Shown here: piece by piece, positions 9,966 to 20,404 of the stretch | How positions within the stretch are numbered: position 1 is the stretch's first letter | Layout of the letters: each line of letters opens with the position of its first letter | From: a bacterium | GTDB lineage: Bacteria > SAR324 > NAC60-12 | DNA length: 64,000 nt | Reading direction: 5' to 3' | Assembly: GCA_965205865.1 (NCBI GenBank) | Contig: CBDBHR010000028.1 | Location: 277,600 to 341,599 of the forward strand | Translations under genes and position numbers: made by a program | Notes under the pieces: generated by a model | Database searches by the model: none | Told to the model about the DNA's origin: nothing | Seen by the model: the letters and a program-made list of their open reading frames with translations, nothing else

Positions 9966-10006
9966 TCCCCCTCACCCTGACCCTCTCCCTCCGGGGGAGA
10001 GGGAAC
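9966..10006. repeat. Intercistronic palindromic element (copy 2)
   Basis: AATCCCCCTCACCCTGACCCTCTCCCTCCGGGGGAGAGGGAACA is near-identical to 5916-5955. It sits between the two ATPase genes. Confidence 0.7.
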
Positions 10007-10011
10007 AACGA

Positions 10012-11010
10012 ATGTGGCGTATGTCGGAGTATTTCCTGGAAGTCAAAAACCTTAAAAAATATTTTCCAATCTACGGTGGCGTTTTTTTTCGTCAGATTGC
10101 CAACGTTTATGCCTTGGACGGAGTGTCTTTTGGTATCAGGCAGGGGGAAACCGTTGGTTTGGTGGGAGAATCCGGATGCGGCAAGACGACACTGGGACGC
10201 ACTGTATTGCGCTTGTATGATCCGACTGAGGGACAAATTTTTTTCAAAGGAACCAACATCACCACCTTTCCTCAAAATGCAATGCGTCGAATCCGTAATA
10301 AGATGCAGATGATTTTTCAGGATCCTTTTGAATCTCTCAATGCCCGTCACACTGTGCAAACCATTTTAGAGGAACCGTTTATAATCCACCATGTTGGCGC
10401 GCGTGAGGAACGAGAGAAGAAAATCGATCAACTGCTGGAGACCGTGGAATTGCCTGCCAGTGCGAAAGATCGATATCCCCATGAATTTTCAGGGGGTCAA
10501 CGTCAACGAATCGGGATCGCCCGCGCGATCGCATTGGACCCTGAATTAATCGTTTGTGATGAACCGGTCTCTGCTCTCGATGTTTCCATCCAGTCACAAA
10601 TCCTCAATCTTTTGATCACCTTGCAAAAAAACCTGGGATTGACCTATCTTTTCATTGCTCACGATTTGTCGGTGGTGAAGCATATCTCGGATCGTATTAT
10701 CGTGATGTATTTAGGACAAATCGTGGAGGTGATTGAAGGCCATTCCATAGTCGAGAATCCGCTGCATCCTTACACCCAGGCTTTGGTTTCAGCAATTCCG
10801 ATTGCTGATCCTACTCTGCGTAAAAAGAAAATAATCCTGCAAGGCGATGTCCCCTCTCCAATCCATCCTCCGAAGGGGTGCCGATTTCATACTCGTTGTC
10901 CACACGTCCGGGATATTTGCAAAACCGAGATACCCGAATTGAAGAATTATGCGGAAAAATCACCCCATTGGGCCGCTTGCCATTTTGCCGGAGAGGTAGG
11001 GAGCATGTGA
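10012..11010 (+). CDS. ABC transporter ATP-binding protein (OppF/DppF-like)
   Basis: Walker A GESGCGKTT, signature FSGGQRQR, Walker B LIVCDEPVSALD. The start is set at the ATG after the palindromic element. The ORF-track start at 9895 reads through the repeat. Confidence 0.8.
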   Translation: MWRMSEYFLEVKNLKKYFPIYGGVFFRQIANVYALDGVSFGIRQGETVGLVGESGCGKTTLGRTVLRLYDPTEGQIFFKGTNITTFPQNAMRRIRNKMQMIFQDPFESLNARHTVQTILEEPFIIHHVGAREEREKKIDQLLETVELPASAKDRYPHEFSGGQRQRIGIARAIALDPELIVCDEPVSALDVSIQSQILNLLITLQKNLGLTYLFIAHDLSVVKHISDRIIVMYLGQIVEVIEGHSIVENPLHPYTQALVSAIPIADPTLRKKKIILQGDVPSPIHPPKGCRFHTRCPHVRDICKTEIPELKNYAEKSPHWAACHFAGEVGSM

Positions 11011-11142
11011 ATGCTTGCATGACGGATGCGTCATTTTTGAATCTCCTGTTCAATCAAAACTCCAAGCATTAAAAAATCGGAAAGCGCGGCCCGGGTTTTG
11101 TGTGTGAGATGCTCACTCTACTTTCAAGATGGTAAGATGCAA

Positions 11143-12801
11143 TCATTCTCGTTGTGGACCGGGCATGGGCCCAGGTTTGTAATGTCGCAATAAATAATGC
11201 AGCGTGTTACCAAGCATTTTACGACTGAACCCGGGGAAAACGAGTTTAGAAACCGATCCCAGCCGTAATGCTTCTTCCGGATTGAGCAGTTCTCTTTCGT
11301 AGCGTCTTGTCAACTCGGCCATAGCCTCGTCCTGCGGGACAGTAGCCTCTGCTTCGTCTTTTCCCTCTGCAAGGGCCTGCTGAAAGCGTTTTTGAATTTC
11401 ACGAATTTCATTTTTGTAAATGAATTGCCTGCCGGCAGGACCCATCACTGCAATACGCGCAGTGGGCAAGGCAAAAACAAAATCCGCGCCGACGTGGTAA
11501 CTGTTCCAGGACACATAGGCACCGCCAAAAGCATTGCGGACGATCAAAGTCAGGCGCGGGACTCTCAAATCCACGATGGCGTCCATCAGTTCCCGACCGG
11601 CCTGAATAATTCCCATCCGCTCTTGCTCGGAACCGGGAGCATAGCCCACTACGTCTTCTAAAAAAATAATGGGGATGTTGTAAATGTTGCAGAACCTTAT
11701 GAACCGGGAAGCTTTCTGCGCTGCGTGCGCATCGATATTTCCCGATTGGTAGGCGCTGTTATTGGCTACAATCCCTACCACGTGCCCGCCTATGCGGCCA
11801 TAGGCTGTGATCATTTGCAGGGCCCTTGTAGCTTGGATCTCAAAATAATCGCCATAATCCACCAGTTGCTGTAAAAAAAGGCGCATGTCAAAGGGAGTAT
11901 TGAACCCGGTGACAGGGTGCGTGAAATATTTCTCCAGAAGCACGGCTTCTTCTTCAACATAGCCATTCATGGAAGCCGATGAGGATTTATAGGGTGCCAA
12001 TGACTGGTTGTTGTCAGGAAGATAGCTCAGCAAATGCAAAGCCGTTCGTAGGGCATCGACCTCATCTGCCACTCTGAGATCCGCCACCCCGCTTTGCGTA
12101 TGAACACCCGGACCACCCAAATCATCCGGAGTGATCTCTTCCCCCATTGCTTCTTTGACAACGCCCGGGCCGGTCAATCCCATGAAAGTGTCCTCAGGCT
12201 GGATCACATAGGAGCCTTGCCGGGGCAGGTAAGATCCTCCTCCCGCATTGTAACCGAACATCAACATGATAGAAGGGACAATCCCGCTTATTTTTCTGAT
12301 GGCGGCAAAGGCTTCTCCATAACCATCCAAACCTCCCACGCCGTCGGGGACAAAAGCGCCTGCAGAGTCGTTTATACCGATCAGAGGAATGCCATGTTCT
12401 CCTGCCATCAATATCTGCCGGGCGAGTTTAGCCCCATTGCTGGCGTTCATCGAGCCGGCCCGCAGAGTAAAGTCATGCCCGTAAACTGCCACGTCCCGAC
12501 CCTCGATGTTGAGAATTCCCGTCACAATCGAAGCCCCGTCGAGTTCCCGGCCCCAGTTCTCATAAGTGATGTGGGGGGCTTCCTCTGTCAGCACGCGGAT
12601 CCTTTCCCAGACTGTCATCCTGTTTTTTTGATGCTGAGTCCTTACTCGCGCCAGTCCTCCACCCTGACGGGGTTTCTCCCTCAGTTCTTTTCCTCTCTCG
12701 AGCATCTCATGGTAGATTTTGGCACGGGGATTGAAATCACTTGAAGAGGGGAGGTGAGTTTGTAAAGCAAAAGGATTTTTCAGTTGCACTGTTTTTTTCA
12801 T
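11143..12801 (-). CDS. Acyl-CoA carboxylase carboxyltransferase subunit (propionyl-CoA carboxylase beta / methylmalonyl-CoA decarboxylase alpha family)
   Basis: 552 aa with both carboxyltransferase halves. Motifs include ...[24 protein letters not shown]... and ...[32 protein letters not shown]... Confidence 0.75.
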   Translation of the reverse strand: MKKTVQLKNPFALQTHLPSSSDFNPRAKIYHEMLERGKELREKPRQGGGLARVRTQHQKNRMTVWERIRVLTEEAPHITYENWGRELDGASIVTGILNIEGRDVAVYGHDFTLRAGSMNASNGAKLARQILMAGEHGIPLIGINDSAGAFVPDGVGGLDGYGEAFAAIRKISGIVPSIMLMFGYNAGGGSYLPRQGSYVIQPEDTFMGLTGPGVVKEAMGEEITPDDLGGPGVHTQSGVADLRVADEVDALRTALHLLSYLPDNNQSLAPYKSSSASMNGYVEEEAVLLEKYFTHPVTGFNTPFDMRLFLQQLVDYGDYFEIQATRALQMITAYGRIGGHVVGIVANNSAYQSGNIDAHAAQKASRFIRFCNIYNIPIIFLEDVVGYAPGSEQERMGIIQAGRELMDAIVDLRVPRLTLIVRNAFGGAYVSWNSYHVGADFVFALPTARIAVMGPAGRQFIYKNEIREIQKRFQQALAEGKDEAEATVPQDEAMAELTRRYERELLNPEEALRLGSVSKLVFPGFSRKMLGNTLHYLLRHYKPGPMPGPQRE

Positions 12802-13084
12802 CAGTGGCTTTCAAGGAATGGCGGTGTTTCCATACGATTGACGAGTTATTGCGGCCTCGGTTCTCATAGATAACATGATTCGAGCAGGCAAGAAAGAGTA
12901 TTGTGAAAGTGCGCATTCTGCTGAATTCGGAGAAAGGGGAAGATGGGTTAAACGAATAAGCAACTTGCGCCCCATGGCAGATTTTGCTAAGTTATTGAAA
13001 GGCTCTACTGGAAATACCAAGAGGGTGAAGTCGAATTGTATTTCACTATTCTTTTTGCGGGAAATCTTTTTGCGGGAATGTTCT

Positions 13085-14368
13085 ATGAGTGAAAAAGCGC
13101 GAATAGAAATAAGAGGTCAAGCGATTGAAGTTCCTTTGATCATTGGCAGTGAAAATGAGGTGGGAATGGACATTAGCAATCTGCGTAAAGCTACGAATGC
13201 CATTACATTGGACCGGGGATTTGCCAATACGGGATCTTGTGAGAGCGGAATCACATTTCTCGATGGAGAAAACGGCATATTGAGATACCGGGGTTATCCC
13301 ATCGAGCAGCTTGCCGAACGCTCCAGTTTCCTGGAAGTGAGTTATTTGTTGATATACGGTGAGCTCCCCACTTCTGCCCAGTTGATGGAATTTGAAGATT
13401 CAATCACTCACCATACGATGCTGCATGAGGATTTGAAACATATCTACGATGCCTTTCCCCGTGATGCGCATCCAATGGCGGTTCTTTCTTGCATGGTATG
13501 CGCGCTTTCTACTCTTTATCCGGATGTGGGACTCGAAGATCAGGATAAACTCAATTTAGCCTTTGCCCGCTTACTTGGAAAATTGCCGACTATTGCTGCA
13601 TGGGCTTACAAAAAAAGCGTGGGACAACCATTGATTTATCCCGATAATCGATATGAATATTGCGAAAACTTCCTGCATATGATGTTTTCTCTTCCCCCCG
13701 CAGATTCAGACATCCCTGAAGATTATGTGAAGGCGATGAACGTCTTGTTTATACTTCATGCAGACCATGAGCAAAATTGTTCGACTTCCACCGTCCGTCT
13801 GGTGGGCAGCAGTATGGCGAACCTGTTTGCTTCTGTTTCTGCAGGAATTGCGGCCCTGTGGGGACCCTTGCATGGCGGCGCGAATCAAGCTGTTCTGGAA
13901 ATGTTGCAAGCAATCCATGCCGACAAAGGAGGCGTGCGGAATTTCATAGACAAAGCAAAAGACCGCAATTCCGGTTTCCGTTTAATGGGATTCGGCCATC
14001 GAGTTTATAAAAATTTCGACCCTCGCGCCAACATCATCAAAACATATTGCGACCGGATTTTGCAAATAACAGGGAAATCGGATCCGTTATTGGAAATTGC
14101 CAAAGAACTGGAAGAAACGGCGCTCCGTGATGAATTTTTTTTGGCGAGAAAACTATATCCCAACGTGGATTTTTATAGCGGAATTATTTATAAGGCTCTT
14201 GGATTTCCCACGCCCATGTTCACAGCGCTCTTTGCCATCGGACGCTTGCCCGGATGGATTGCCCATTGGGTCGAAATGAATAGCGCCCCTTTGAAAATTG
14301 GAAGACCACGTCAAATTTATAGAGGATCTCCTGAGCGCGCGTTTGTCCCTATCAATCAACGTCGCTGA
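13085..14368 (+). CDS. gltA: Citrate synthase
   Basis: GFGHRVYKNFDPRA signature with catalytic His/Asp context; 428 aa from the internal ATG at 13085. The ORF track starts further upstream at 12875. Confidence 0.85.
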   Translation: MSEKARIEIRGQAIEVPLIIGSENEVGMDISNLRKATNAITLDRGFANTGSCESGITFLDGENGILRYRGYPIEQLAERSSFLEVSYLLIYGELPTSAQLMEFEDSITHHTMLHEDLKHIYDAFPRDAHPMAVLSCMVCALSTLYPDVGLEDQDKLNLAFARLLGKLPTIAAWAYKKSVGQPLIYPDNRYEYCENFLHMMFSLPPADSDIPEDYVKAMNVLFILHADHEQNCSTSTVRLVGSSMANLFASVSAGIAALWGPLHGGANQAVLEMLQAIHADKGGVRNFIDKAKDRNSGFRLMGFGHRVYKNFDPRANIIKTYCDRILQITGKSDPLLEIAKELEETALRDEFFLARKLYPNVDFYSGIIYKALGFPTPMFTALFAIGRLPGWIAHWVEMNSAPLKIGRPRQIYRGSPERAFVPINQRR

Positions 14369-14407
14369 AAGGCTGAGACGATACTGTCCGCACCCCTGAA
14401 AAAGCTT

Positions 14408-15841
14408 ATGGTTCGTTTACGATTCGCCCCTAGTCCCACTGGTAATCTGCATCTCGGAGGATTACGCACCGCCTTGTTCAGTTATTTGTTCGCCAGGCAA
14501 AAAAAAGGAACATTCATCTTTCGTTTGGAAGATACTGACCAACGGCGTTTTGTGGAGGGGGCGGAATCGAACTTGTTGAATATGCTCTCATGGGGAGGAC
14601 TTCAAATTGATGAAGGAGGCGAATCAGGAGGGGCATATGGACCTTACCGGCAATCGGAAAGGCTTTCTCTCTATCATCGTCATGGCCAAAAGTTGTTGGA
14701 GTGCGGACATGCATACTATTGTTTCTGCACTCCTGAAACTTTAAAAGCCATCAAAGATGAGCAAAGTGCTGAGGGATTACCGACGCGTTATGACGGTCGT
14801 TGCCGGCATTTGTCGTATCATGTAGTGGAGCGACGCTTAGCGGAAGAAATTCCCCATGTGCTGCGCATGAAAGTTCCGCAAAATGAAACAATCGTAATGC
14901 CGGATCTGGTGCGAGGCACGGTAAGCATTGATAGCAGTCAACTCGACGACCAAGTGCTCATCAAAGCAAATGGCTTTCCAACCTACCACCTTGCCGTTGT
15001 GGTAGATGATCATCTCATGCGGATCAGCCATGTGATACGAGGAGAAGAATGGCTTCCTTCTTTTCCAAAACATCTTTTACTTTTTCGTTATTTCAACTGG
15101 AAGCCTCCTCGATTTGCCCACCTGCCCTTGATATTGAGTCAAGACCGCAGCAAATTGAGCAAACGTCAAGGAGACGTCGCCGTGGAGGATTATCAAAAAA
15201 AAGGATACCTTCCGGAAGCCCTTGTCAATTTCGTTGCCTTATTGGGTTGGAGCAGCGGAGACGATCAGGAATTCTTCACAAAGGAGGAATTGATTGAAAA
15301 ATTCAATTTTGAAGCAATAGGAAAATCAGCTGCCGTTTTTGATCGCGCAAAGCTGGATTGGATGAATCAGCAATATATCAAAAAATTACCTTTGCATGAA
15401 TTGTTTGTCCGTTTGATACCGTATATCCGGGAAACTCCCCATGCGGATCTGGAAGAAGGACAATTGAAGAAAATCTGCGCGATTCTTCAACCCCGACTGG
15501 TGGTTTTGGCTGATATAAAAAAAAGCCTTCCTCTTTTTTTTGAAGAAAAACCAATATTGACGAACACTCATCTGATTGAAGCCTTGCGGAGGGACCAATC
15601 CCGTATTGTGATGTCAGCCTTTCAAAAACAACTTGAAGCAATCGACGAAATTACGGAGGAAGGATTTTCCAAGATGATGAAGATCATACAAAAGACTACG
15701 GGTCTAAAAGGAAAAGATCTTTGGATGCCGATACGGTACGCGATTACATTGGAAGAACAGGGACCCGAACTTCCTGCAGTTGCCGCAATTTTTGGCAAGA
15801 ATAAGTGCCTCGGCATGATTGAACGGGCACTCCATCTCTAG
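14408..15841 (+). CDS. gltX: Glutamate--tRNA ligase
   Basis: Class I HIGH motif (PSPTGNLHLGG) and KMSKS motif (KLSKRQG). Length is 477 aa. Confidence 0.9.
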   Translation: MVRLRFAPSPTGNLHLGGLRTALFSYLFARQKKGTFIFRLEDTDQRRFVEGAESNLLNMLSWGGLQIDEGGESGGAYGPYRQSERLSLYHRHGQKLLECGHAYYCFCTPETLKAIKDEQSAEGLPTRYDGRCRHLSYHVVERRLAEEIPHVLRMKVPQNETIVMPDLVRGTVSIDSSQLDDQVLIKANGFPTYHLAVVVDDHLMRISHVIRGEEWLPSFPKHLLLFRYFNWKPPRFAHLPLILSQDRSKLSKRQGDVAVEDYQKKGYLPEALVNFVALLGWSSGDDQEFFTKEELIEKFNFEAIGKSAAVFDRAKLDWMNQQYIKKLPLHELFVRLIPYIRETPHADLEEGQLKKICAILQPRLVVLADIKKSLPLFFEEKPILTNTHLIEALRRDQSRIVMSAFQKQLEAIDEITEEGFSKMMKIIQKTTGLKGKDLWMPIRYAITLEEQGPELPAVAAIFGKNKCLGMIERALHL

Positions 15842-15862
15842 AAGAAAAAAGCAAGGTTTTCA

Positions 15863-18619
15863 ATGACTCATAATTGGGCGCCACCAGTCAAACCATTGAA
15901 ATCGAATCTCGCGGCATTTGGTTTTTGTCTCCTCTGCATCGGGTCGATTTCTCTTACTTTCGCTCCTGTTCATGGGCAAAACATGAATGATCTGAAAGAG
16001 ACCGTCAACAAACTTGGAGAGACGATGATTGAAGAATCTCTCACGGAGCAGCGAAGGGAGCCGCTGCTTGTCGTCACGGGAATTGTCAACGAAAGTACCG
16101 GAAAAAGGGATCTTTTGAGTGAATTGGTAGAAATCCTCTTAGTTGAAGTTTTAGCCCGGGGGGAAAATTATCCCGTTGTTGATTATAGTCAAATCCAGTC
16201 GGTACGAGAAGAAGTGTTAGAAGCTTTTCCCGACTCTTCTGCGGAGCAGATCAGTCAGGACTTAGCCGGTCTTCTAGGAGCAGATTGGTCTGTGACAGGA
16301 TCTTATTTGATACATGAGGGTAAAATCGAATTGCAGTTGCAACTCTATGAATCAGAAATCGACCAGTTGATTTGGGAAGGACAAACTGATTCTTTTTTGG
16401 AATTTGAGGAGGCTGAATCCGGAATCGCGGAAACCACCGTCTCCGAAAGCGAGGAATCGTCTGAATTGATCCCCGAATCCACCCCGCTCGAAACTGCTGT
16501 TGTTGAATCCGGGAGAACTTCTGAATTGATTCTCGAGAATGAGACCATCGAAGCCGAAGCGGGATCGGCCGTAGAGTCGGAACTTGAAGATACAACCATT
16601 GAAACGGCAGCTTCCGAAAGCGAGGAATCGTCTGAATTGATCCCCGAATCCACCCCGCTCGAAACTGCTGTTGTTGAATCCGGGAGAACTTCTGAATTGA
16701 TTCTCGAGAATGAGAGCATCGAAGCCGAAGCGGCATCGGCCGTAGAGTCGGAACTTGAAGATACAACCATTGAAACGGCAGTTTCCGAAAGCGAGGAATC
16801 GTCTGAATTGATCCCCGAAGCCACCCCGCTCGAAACTTCTGTTGTTGAATCCGGGAGAACTTCTGAATTGATTCTCGAGAATGAGACCATCGAAGCCGAA
16901 GCGGGATCGGCCGTAGAGTTGGAACTTGAAGATACAACCATTGAAACGGCAGTTTCCGAAAGCGAGGAATCGTCTGAATTGATCCCCGAAGCCACCCCGC
17001 TCGAAACTGCTGTTGTTGAATCCGGGAGAACTTCTGAATTGATTCTCGAGAAAGAGAGCATCGAAGCCGAAGCGGGATCGGCCGTAGAGTTGGAACTTGA
17101 AGATACAACCATTGAAACGGCAGCTTCCGAAAGCGAGGAATCGTCTGAATTGATCCCCGAAGCCACCCCGCTCGAAACTGCTGTTGTTGAATCCGGGAGA
17201 ACTTCTGAATTGATTCTCGAGAAAGAGAGCATCGAAGCCGAAGCGGCATCGGCCGTAGAGTTGGAACTTGAAGATACAACCATTGAAACGGCAGTTTCCG
17301 AAAGCGAGGAATCGTCTGAATTGATCCCCGAAGCCACCCCGCTCGAAACTGCTGTTGTTGAATCCGGGAGAACTTCTGAATTGATTCTTGAGAAAGAGAG
17401 CATCGAAGCCGAAGCGGGATCGGCCGTAGAGTTGGAACTTGAAGATACAACCATTGAAACGGCAGTTTCCGAAAGCGAGGAATCGTCTGAATTGATCCCC
17501 GAAGCCACCCCGCTCGAAACTGCTATTGTTGAAACCGAAAAGACTTCCGCCTCTATTCCGGTATACGACATAGGTTCAACTTTAGAATTAGAAGAAGCCG
17601 GGAGTTCGGATCCAACTACGGAATTTTTCGATGCATTCGCATATATTGCTATCGACGCAATGAGGCCTCCCCGTGAAGAGGAAGAGATTATTGATGAAAC
17701 GGTTTTGAAGTCGGAATCGGAACAGATCGACATTTCTCAAAAGAAGGACATGGTTTTAGTCTCAGAGGGAAGATTCTCGATGGGCAGTATCAATGGAGAG
17801 GCAAATGAACTGCCAGTGCATTCGGTTTATCTTCATCGTTATCTGATCGACGCGCATGAAGTCACCAATAGCGAATTTGCGCGTTGCGATATTTGTGAGA
17901 AGGGCAGCGGTGGATTTGACACAACGGAGCCCGACCAGCCTGTCGTTTACGTCGATTGGGAAAATGCTGATACTTATTGCCGTTTTGTCGGAAAAAGGCT
18001 GCCTACCGAGGCCGAATGGGAAAACAGCGCCCGGGCGGGAAGTAAAACGGAATATTCATTTGGAAACGTGCGACGACTCGACGCCTATGCATGGTATGAA
18101 GACAACGCGGAGCAGAAGGGGGAACGGTATGCTCACAAGGTGGCAACAAAACAACCCAATGCCTGGAACATTTATGACATGCACGGCAATGTAATGGAAT
18201 GGACCAACGACCTCTTTGTTGAGAATTATTATCAAAAATTAGAGGGCAACAAACCCTGGCATATTTTCGATTACTTCTATAACTCCGAGATCGACCACCC
18301 CTTCAAACCAAATATTTCCTCTGCAGTTGAAACTCCTTTGCGTGTCGTCAGGGGGGGGGCATGGGGAGGATTGTTTGGCACGGGAGACGCTCCCCAGTTG
18401 CGATCTGCAAAGCGTTTTCCGGTCAAGCCTTGGGTACAATCGTTTTTAATTGGATTTCGCTGTGCCGCAGATTGGAATCCACCCATGAATAAAAAGGAAG
18501 AACGGGAAAATGCAACTACTGAGAATACGACTGAATTCAAGGAATTTGATTCTCGGCAGGAAAGGGTGGGTGCGCAGAATGCTGCCGGGCCGAATAGAAA
18601 TCAAAATCAAAATTTTTGA
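15863..18619 (+). CDS. Secreted FGE-sulfatase (SUMF1/DUF323) domain protein with about 6.5 acidic 57-aa tandem repeats
   Basis: Signal peptide at the N-terminus. An LpoB/CsgG/TolB_N-like region follows (PLLVVTGIVNESTGKRDLLSEL...). Then come 6.5 units of a 57-aa repeat (ESEESSELIPEATPLETAVVESGRTSELILEKESIEAEAGSAVELELEDTTIETAVS). The C-terminal FGE-sulfatase domain shows ...RLPTEAEWENSARAG...YAWYEDNAE...WNIYDMHGNVMEWTNDLF...RVVRGGAWG...GFRCAA. The catalytic Cys pair of true FGE is not evident. Confidence 0.7.
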   Translation: MTHNWAPPVKPLKSNLAAFGFCLLCIGSISLTFAPVHGQNMNDLKETVNKLGETMIEESLTEQRREPLLVVTGIVNESTGKRDLLSELVEILLVEVLARGENYPVVDYSQIQSVREEVLEAFPDSSAEQISQDLAGLLGADWSVTGSYLIHEGKIELQLQLYESEIDQLIWEGQTDSFLEFEEAESGIAETTVSESEESSELIPESTPLETAVVESGRTSELILENETIEAEAGSAVESELEDTTIETAASESEESSELIPESTPLETAVVESGRTSELILENESIEAEAASAVESELEDTTIETAVSESEESSELIPEATPLETSVVESGRTSELILENETIEAEAGSAVELELEDTTIETAVSESEESSELIPEATPLETAVVESGRTSELILEKESIEAEAGSAVELELEDTTIETAASESEESSELIPEATPLETAVVESGRTSELILEKESIEAEAASAVELELEDTTIETAVSESEESSELIPEATPLETAVVESGRTSELILEKESIEAEAGSAVELELEDTTIETAVSESEESSELIPEATPLETAIVETEKTSASIPVYDIGSTLELEEAGSSDPTTEFFDAFAYIAIDAMRPPREEEEIIDETVLKSESEQIDISQKKDMVLVSEGRFSMGSINGEANELPVHSVYLHRYLIDAHEVTNSEFARCDICEKGSGGFDTTEPDQPVVYVDWENADTYCRFVGKRLPTEAEWENSARAGSKTEYSFGNVRRLDAYAWYEDNAEQKGERYAHKVATKQPNAWNIYDMHGNVMEWTNDLFVENYYQKLEGNKPWHIFDYFYNSEIDHPFKPNISSAVETPLRVVRGGAWGGLFGTGDAPQLRSAKRFPVKPWVQSFLIGFRCAADWNPPMNKKEERENATTENTTEFKEFDSRQERVGAQNAAGPNRNQNQNF
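16442..17530. repeat. 171-bp tandem repeat array (about 6.5 copies, near-identical) inside a CDS
   Basis: Unit starts at 16442, 16613, 16784, 16955, 17126, 17297 and 17468, giving an exact 171-nt period. Differences between units are only single nucleotides. Confidence 0.9.
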
Positions 18620-18732
18620 ATGCGTCTCGATGGCTGTATATGTGAATTTTTGCTCTCCTTCCTTCAACGAGCATTTTCCTGCCATTGTGATTCCTCGTTG
18701 GATATCTTGAAGAAAGTCGGGAAAAAGAAATT

Positions 18733-20073
18733 TCATTGCGCTTTCGCTTGGATGAGTTGGAAGCATTTTGCTGTCGCACCGCCTTGGGACTCAATAGTAT
18801 GCGCAGCTTCTTTTCCCAGTTCATCACAGTATTCACGGTGCTGCAGTAAATGGAACAAGATTTCATGGAATTCTTCCTTGTGCTTTATTGAGAATGCCAG
18901 ATTTTTCTTTAAAAGATCAACTGCTTCCGGAGAGTTGTCATAAAGGGGGCCAAAGATGACTGGCAAACCCATCACGCACGGTTCCATCACGTTGTGCACT
19001 CCGGTGGTGAACGCGCCCCCTACATAAGCCAGATTCCCGATACGATACAGAGATGACAGCACGCCAAGCCTGTCTACCAGGATGATACGCGGCACTTCTC
19101 GTGGATTGTCATCCAGCCGACTGAACCGTTCTATTTTGAAATGCCGGAAAAATGTTTCCGTATGACCCAGATGTTCTTCGGTGGGTTCGTGAGGAACAAT
19201 GATCAGCAGTAAATCCGCAAATTTCCGCAACGCTTCCGCAAGCGCGGGGAAGATGCGCTTTTCCCCTGCAGGCCAACTACTTCCAGCAATAAAGACAAAT
19301 TTGTCTTCAACATAACAAGGCAATTGAGTGAGCGGAAGCCGGTGTTTTCGTGCCAGTACGCTGTCAAAGCGGGTATCGCCCATTGTTTGAATATTGGGAT
19401 GATGCGGATCACAATTACGGAATCGTCGCGCATCTTCTTCCGAGACTGTAAAAATACCATCCAGACAAGTATAAACCATACCGTAAAACAATCGACCTAT
19501 GGCAGACGTCACACGCAAAGAACGGGGCTGCAGGGTTGCCGAGATAAGGAATTGAGGCACTCCGGCAGCATGCGCGTGCCAGATTAAGTTTGGCCAAAGA
19601 TCGTACTTGACATAGACCAGCGCGGAAGGCTGCAAAATGGCCAACAAACGTCTCACGTTTCTTGGAAAGTCAAAAGGGAGATACTCCACGACAACCGGCT
19701 GGCATTGGACTGCGGAATCGGATCCGCTCGATTGAGCGCGTTTGGCCCATTGGTATCCTGAAACAGAACTGAATGTAACGGCACAATCAAAGCCTTCCCG
19801 CAGACATTGTTCCATCACCGGTTCCCCCTGCAAATATTCCCCTACGCTGACGACATGGAACCAGATTAGTGGTTTCCGCAGATTGCGATGCGCGATTTGT
19901 TCATCCAATCGCTTCCAGATTCCTTTTTTACCGGCAAGACTTTCTTTGATTTTTTGATCCTTGAAGGCGACAAAGCGCATGGCTGCCAAAAGTAGAGGGA
20001 GAATGAACCAGGTATAGCAGAAATTCCAAATTTGTCGTTCCATGGACGGGACGCTTTCAGGAATTTTCATCAA
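18733..20073 (-). CDS. waaA: 3-deoxy-D-manno-octulosonic acid (Kdo) transferase
   Basis: N-terminal membrane anchor, then PLIWFHVVSVGE at the N-terminus. C-terminal glycosyltransferase region ...RLPLTQLPCYVEDKFVFIAGSSWPAGEKRI....GLPVIFGP... Confidence 0.8.
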   Translation of the reverse strand: MMKIPESVPSMERQIWNFCYTWFILPLLLAAMRFVAFKDQKIKESLAGKKGIWKRLDEQIAHRNLRKPLIWFHVVSVGEYLQGEPVMEQCLREGFDCAVTFSSVSGYQWAKRAQSSGSDSAVQCQPVVVEYLPFDFPRNVRRLLAILQPSALVYVKYDLWPNLIWHAHAAGVPQFLISATLQPRSLRVTSAIGRLFYGMVYTCLDGIFTVSEEDARRFRNCDPHHPNIQTMGDTRFDSVLARKHRLPLTQLPCYVEDKFVFIAGSSWPAGEKRIFPALAEALRKFADLLLIIVPHEPTEEHLGHTETFFRHFKIERFSRLDDNPREVPRIILVDRLGVLSSLYRIGNLAYVGGAFTTGVHNVMEPCVMGLPVIFGPLYDNSPEAVDLLKKNLAFSIKHKEEFHEILFHLLQHREYCDELGKEAAHTIESQGGATAKCFQLIQAKAQ

Positions 20074-20356
20074 ATGCGCTGGGAAGGATATTGAAGGGAA
20101 GGACTTTGATTAAAACCGCCAGTACTATCGCCCCTGCAGGAAAGGCAAAGATAGCCAGTGCGGGAATCGTTTTGGCGACGTCCAATAATTGCGCTTTCAC
20201 TTTTCTTTTTTCTTCCTCCGTCAAAGGTTGGCAAGTCGAGTTGGCTAAAAGAGCGGAAAGTTCCCCGGTTTCCCGAATCCATTGATTGCCATTTTGACAC
20301 CATCTTTTGCGATTTGCAATGCGGCATCGATGTATTATTTTGTGGAAAATCTCCAA
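20057..20356 (-). CDS. Hypothetical protein with C-terminal hydrophobic helix
   Basis: 99-aa ORF ending ...TIPALAIFAFPAGAIVLAVLIKVLPF. No family recognised. Confidence 0.25.
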   Translation of the reverse strand: MEIFHKIIHRCRIANRKRWCQNGNQWIRETGELSALLANSTCQPLTEEEKRKVKAQLLDVAKTIPALAIFAFPAGAIVLAVLIKVLPFNILPSAFDENS

Positions 20357-20404
20357 ATTTCAGCAGCTTTCCCGTGATTTTAGACATTGTTTTTTTTCTC
20401 GAAG

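Noticed and set aside
9895-10011. Upstream extension of the second ATPase ORF (and ORFs 5739-5960, 5911-6120, 9860-10312)
   Set aside because: These read through the intercistronic palindromic repeat. The real start is the ATG immediately after the hairpin.
12094-12744. 216-aa plus-strand ORF
   Set aside because: Antisense to the carboxyltransferase gene.
16251-17733. Two long minus-strand ORFs (399 aa and 462 aa) antisense to the repeat region of the FGE-domain gene
   Set aside because: They are periodic artefacts of the 171-bp tandem repeat (57-aa repeating peptides with no start context). The sense-strand gene has signal peptide and domain support.
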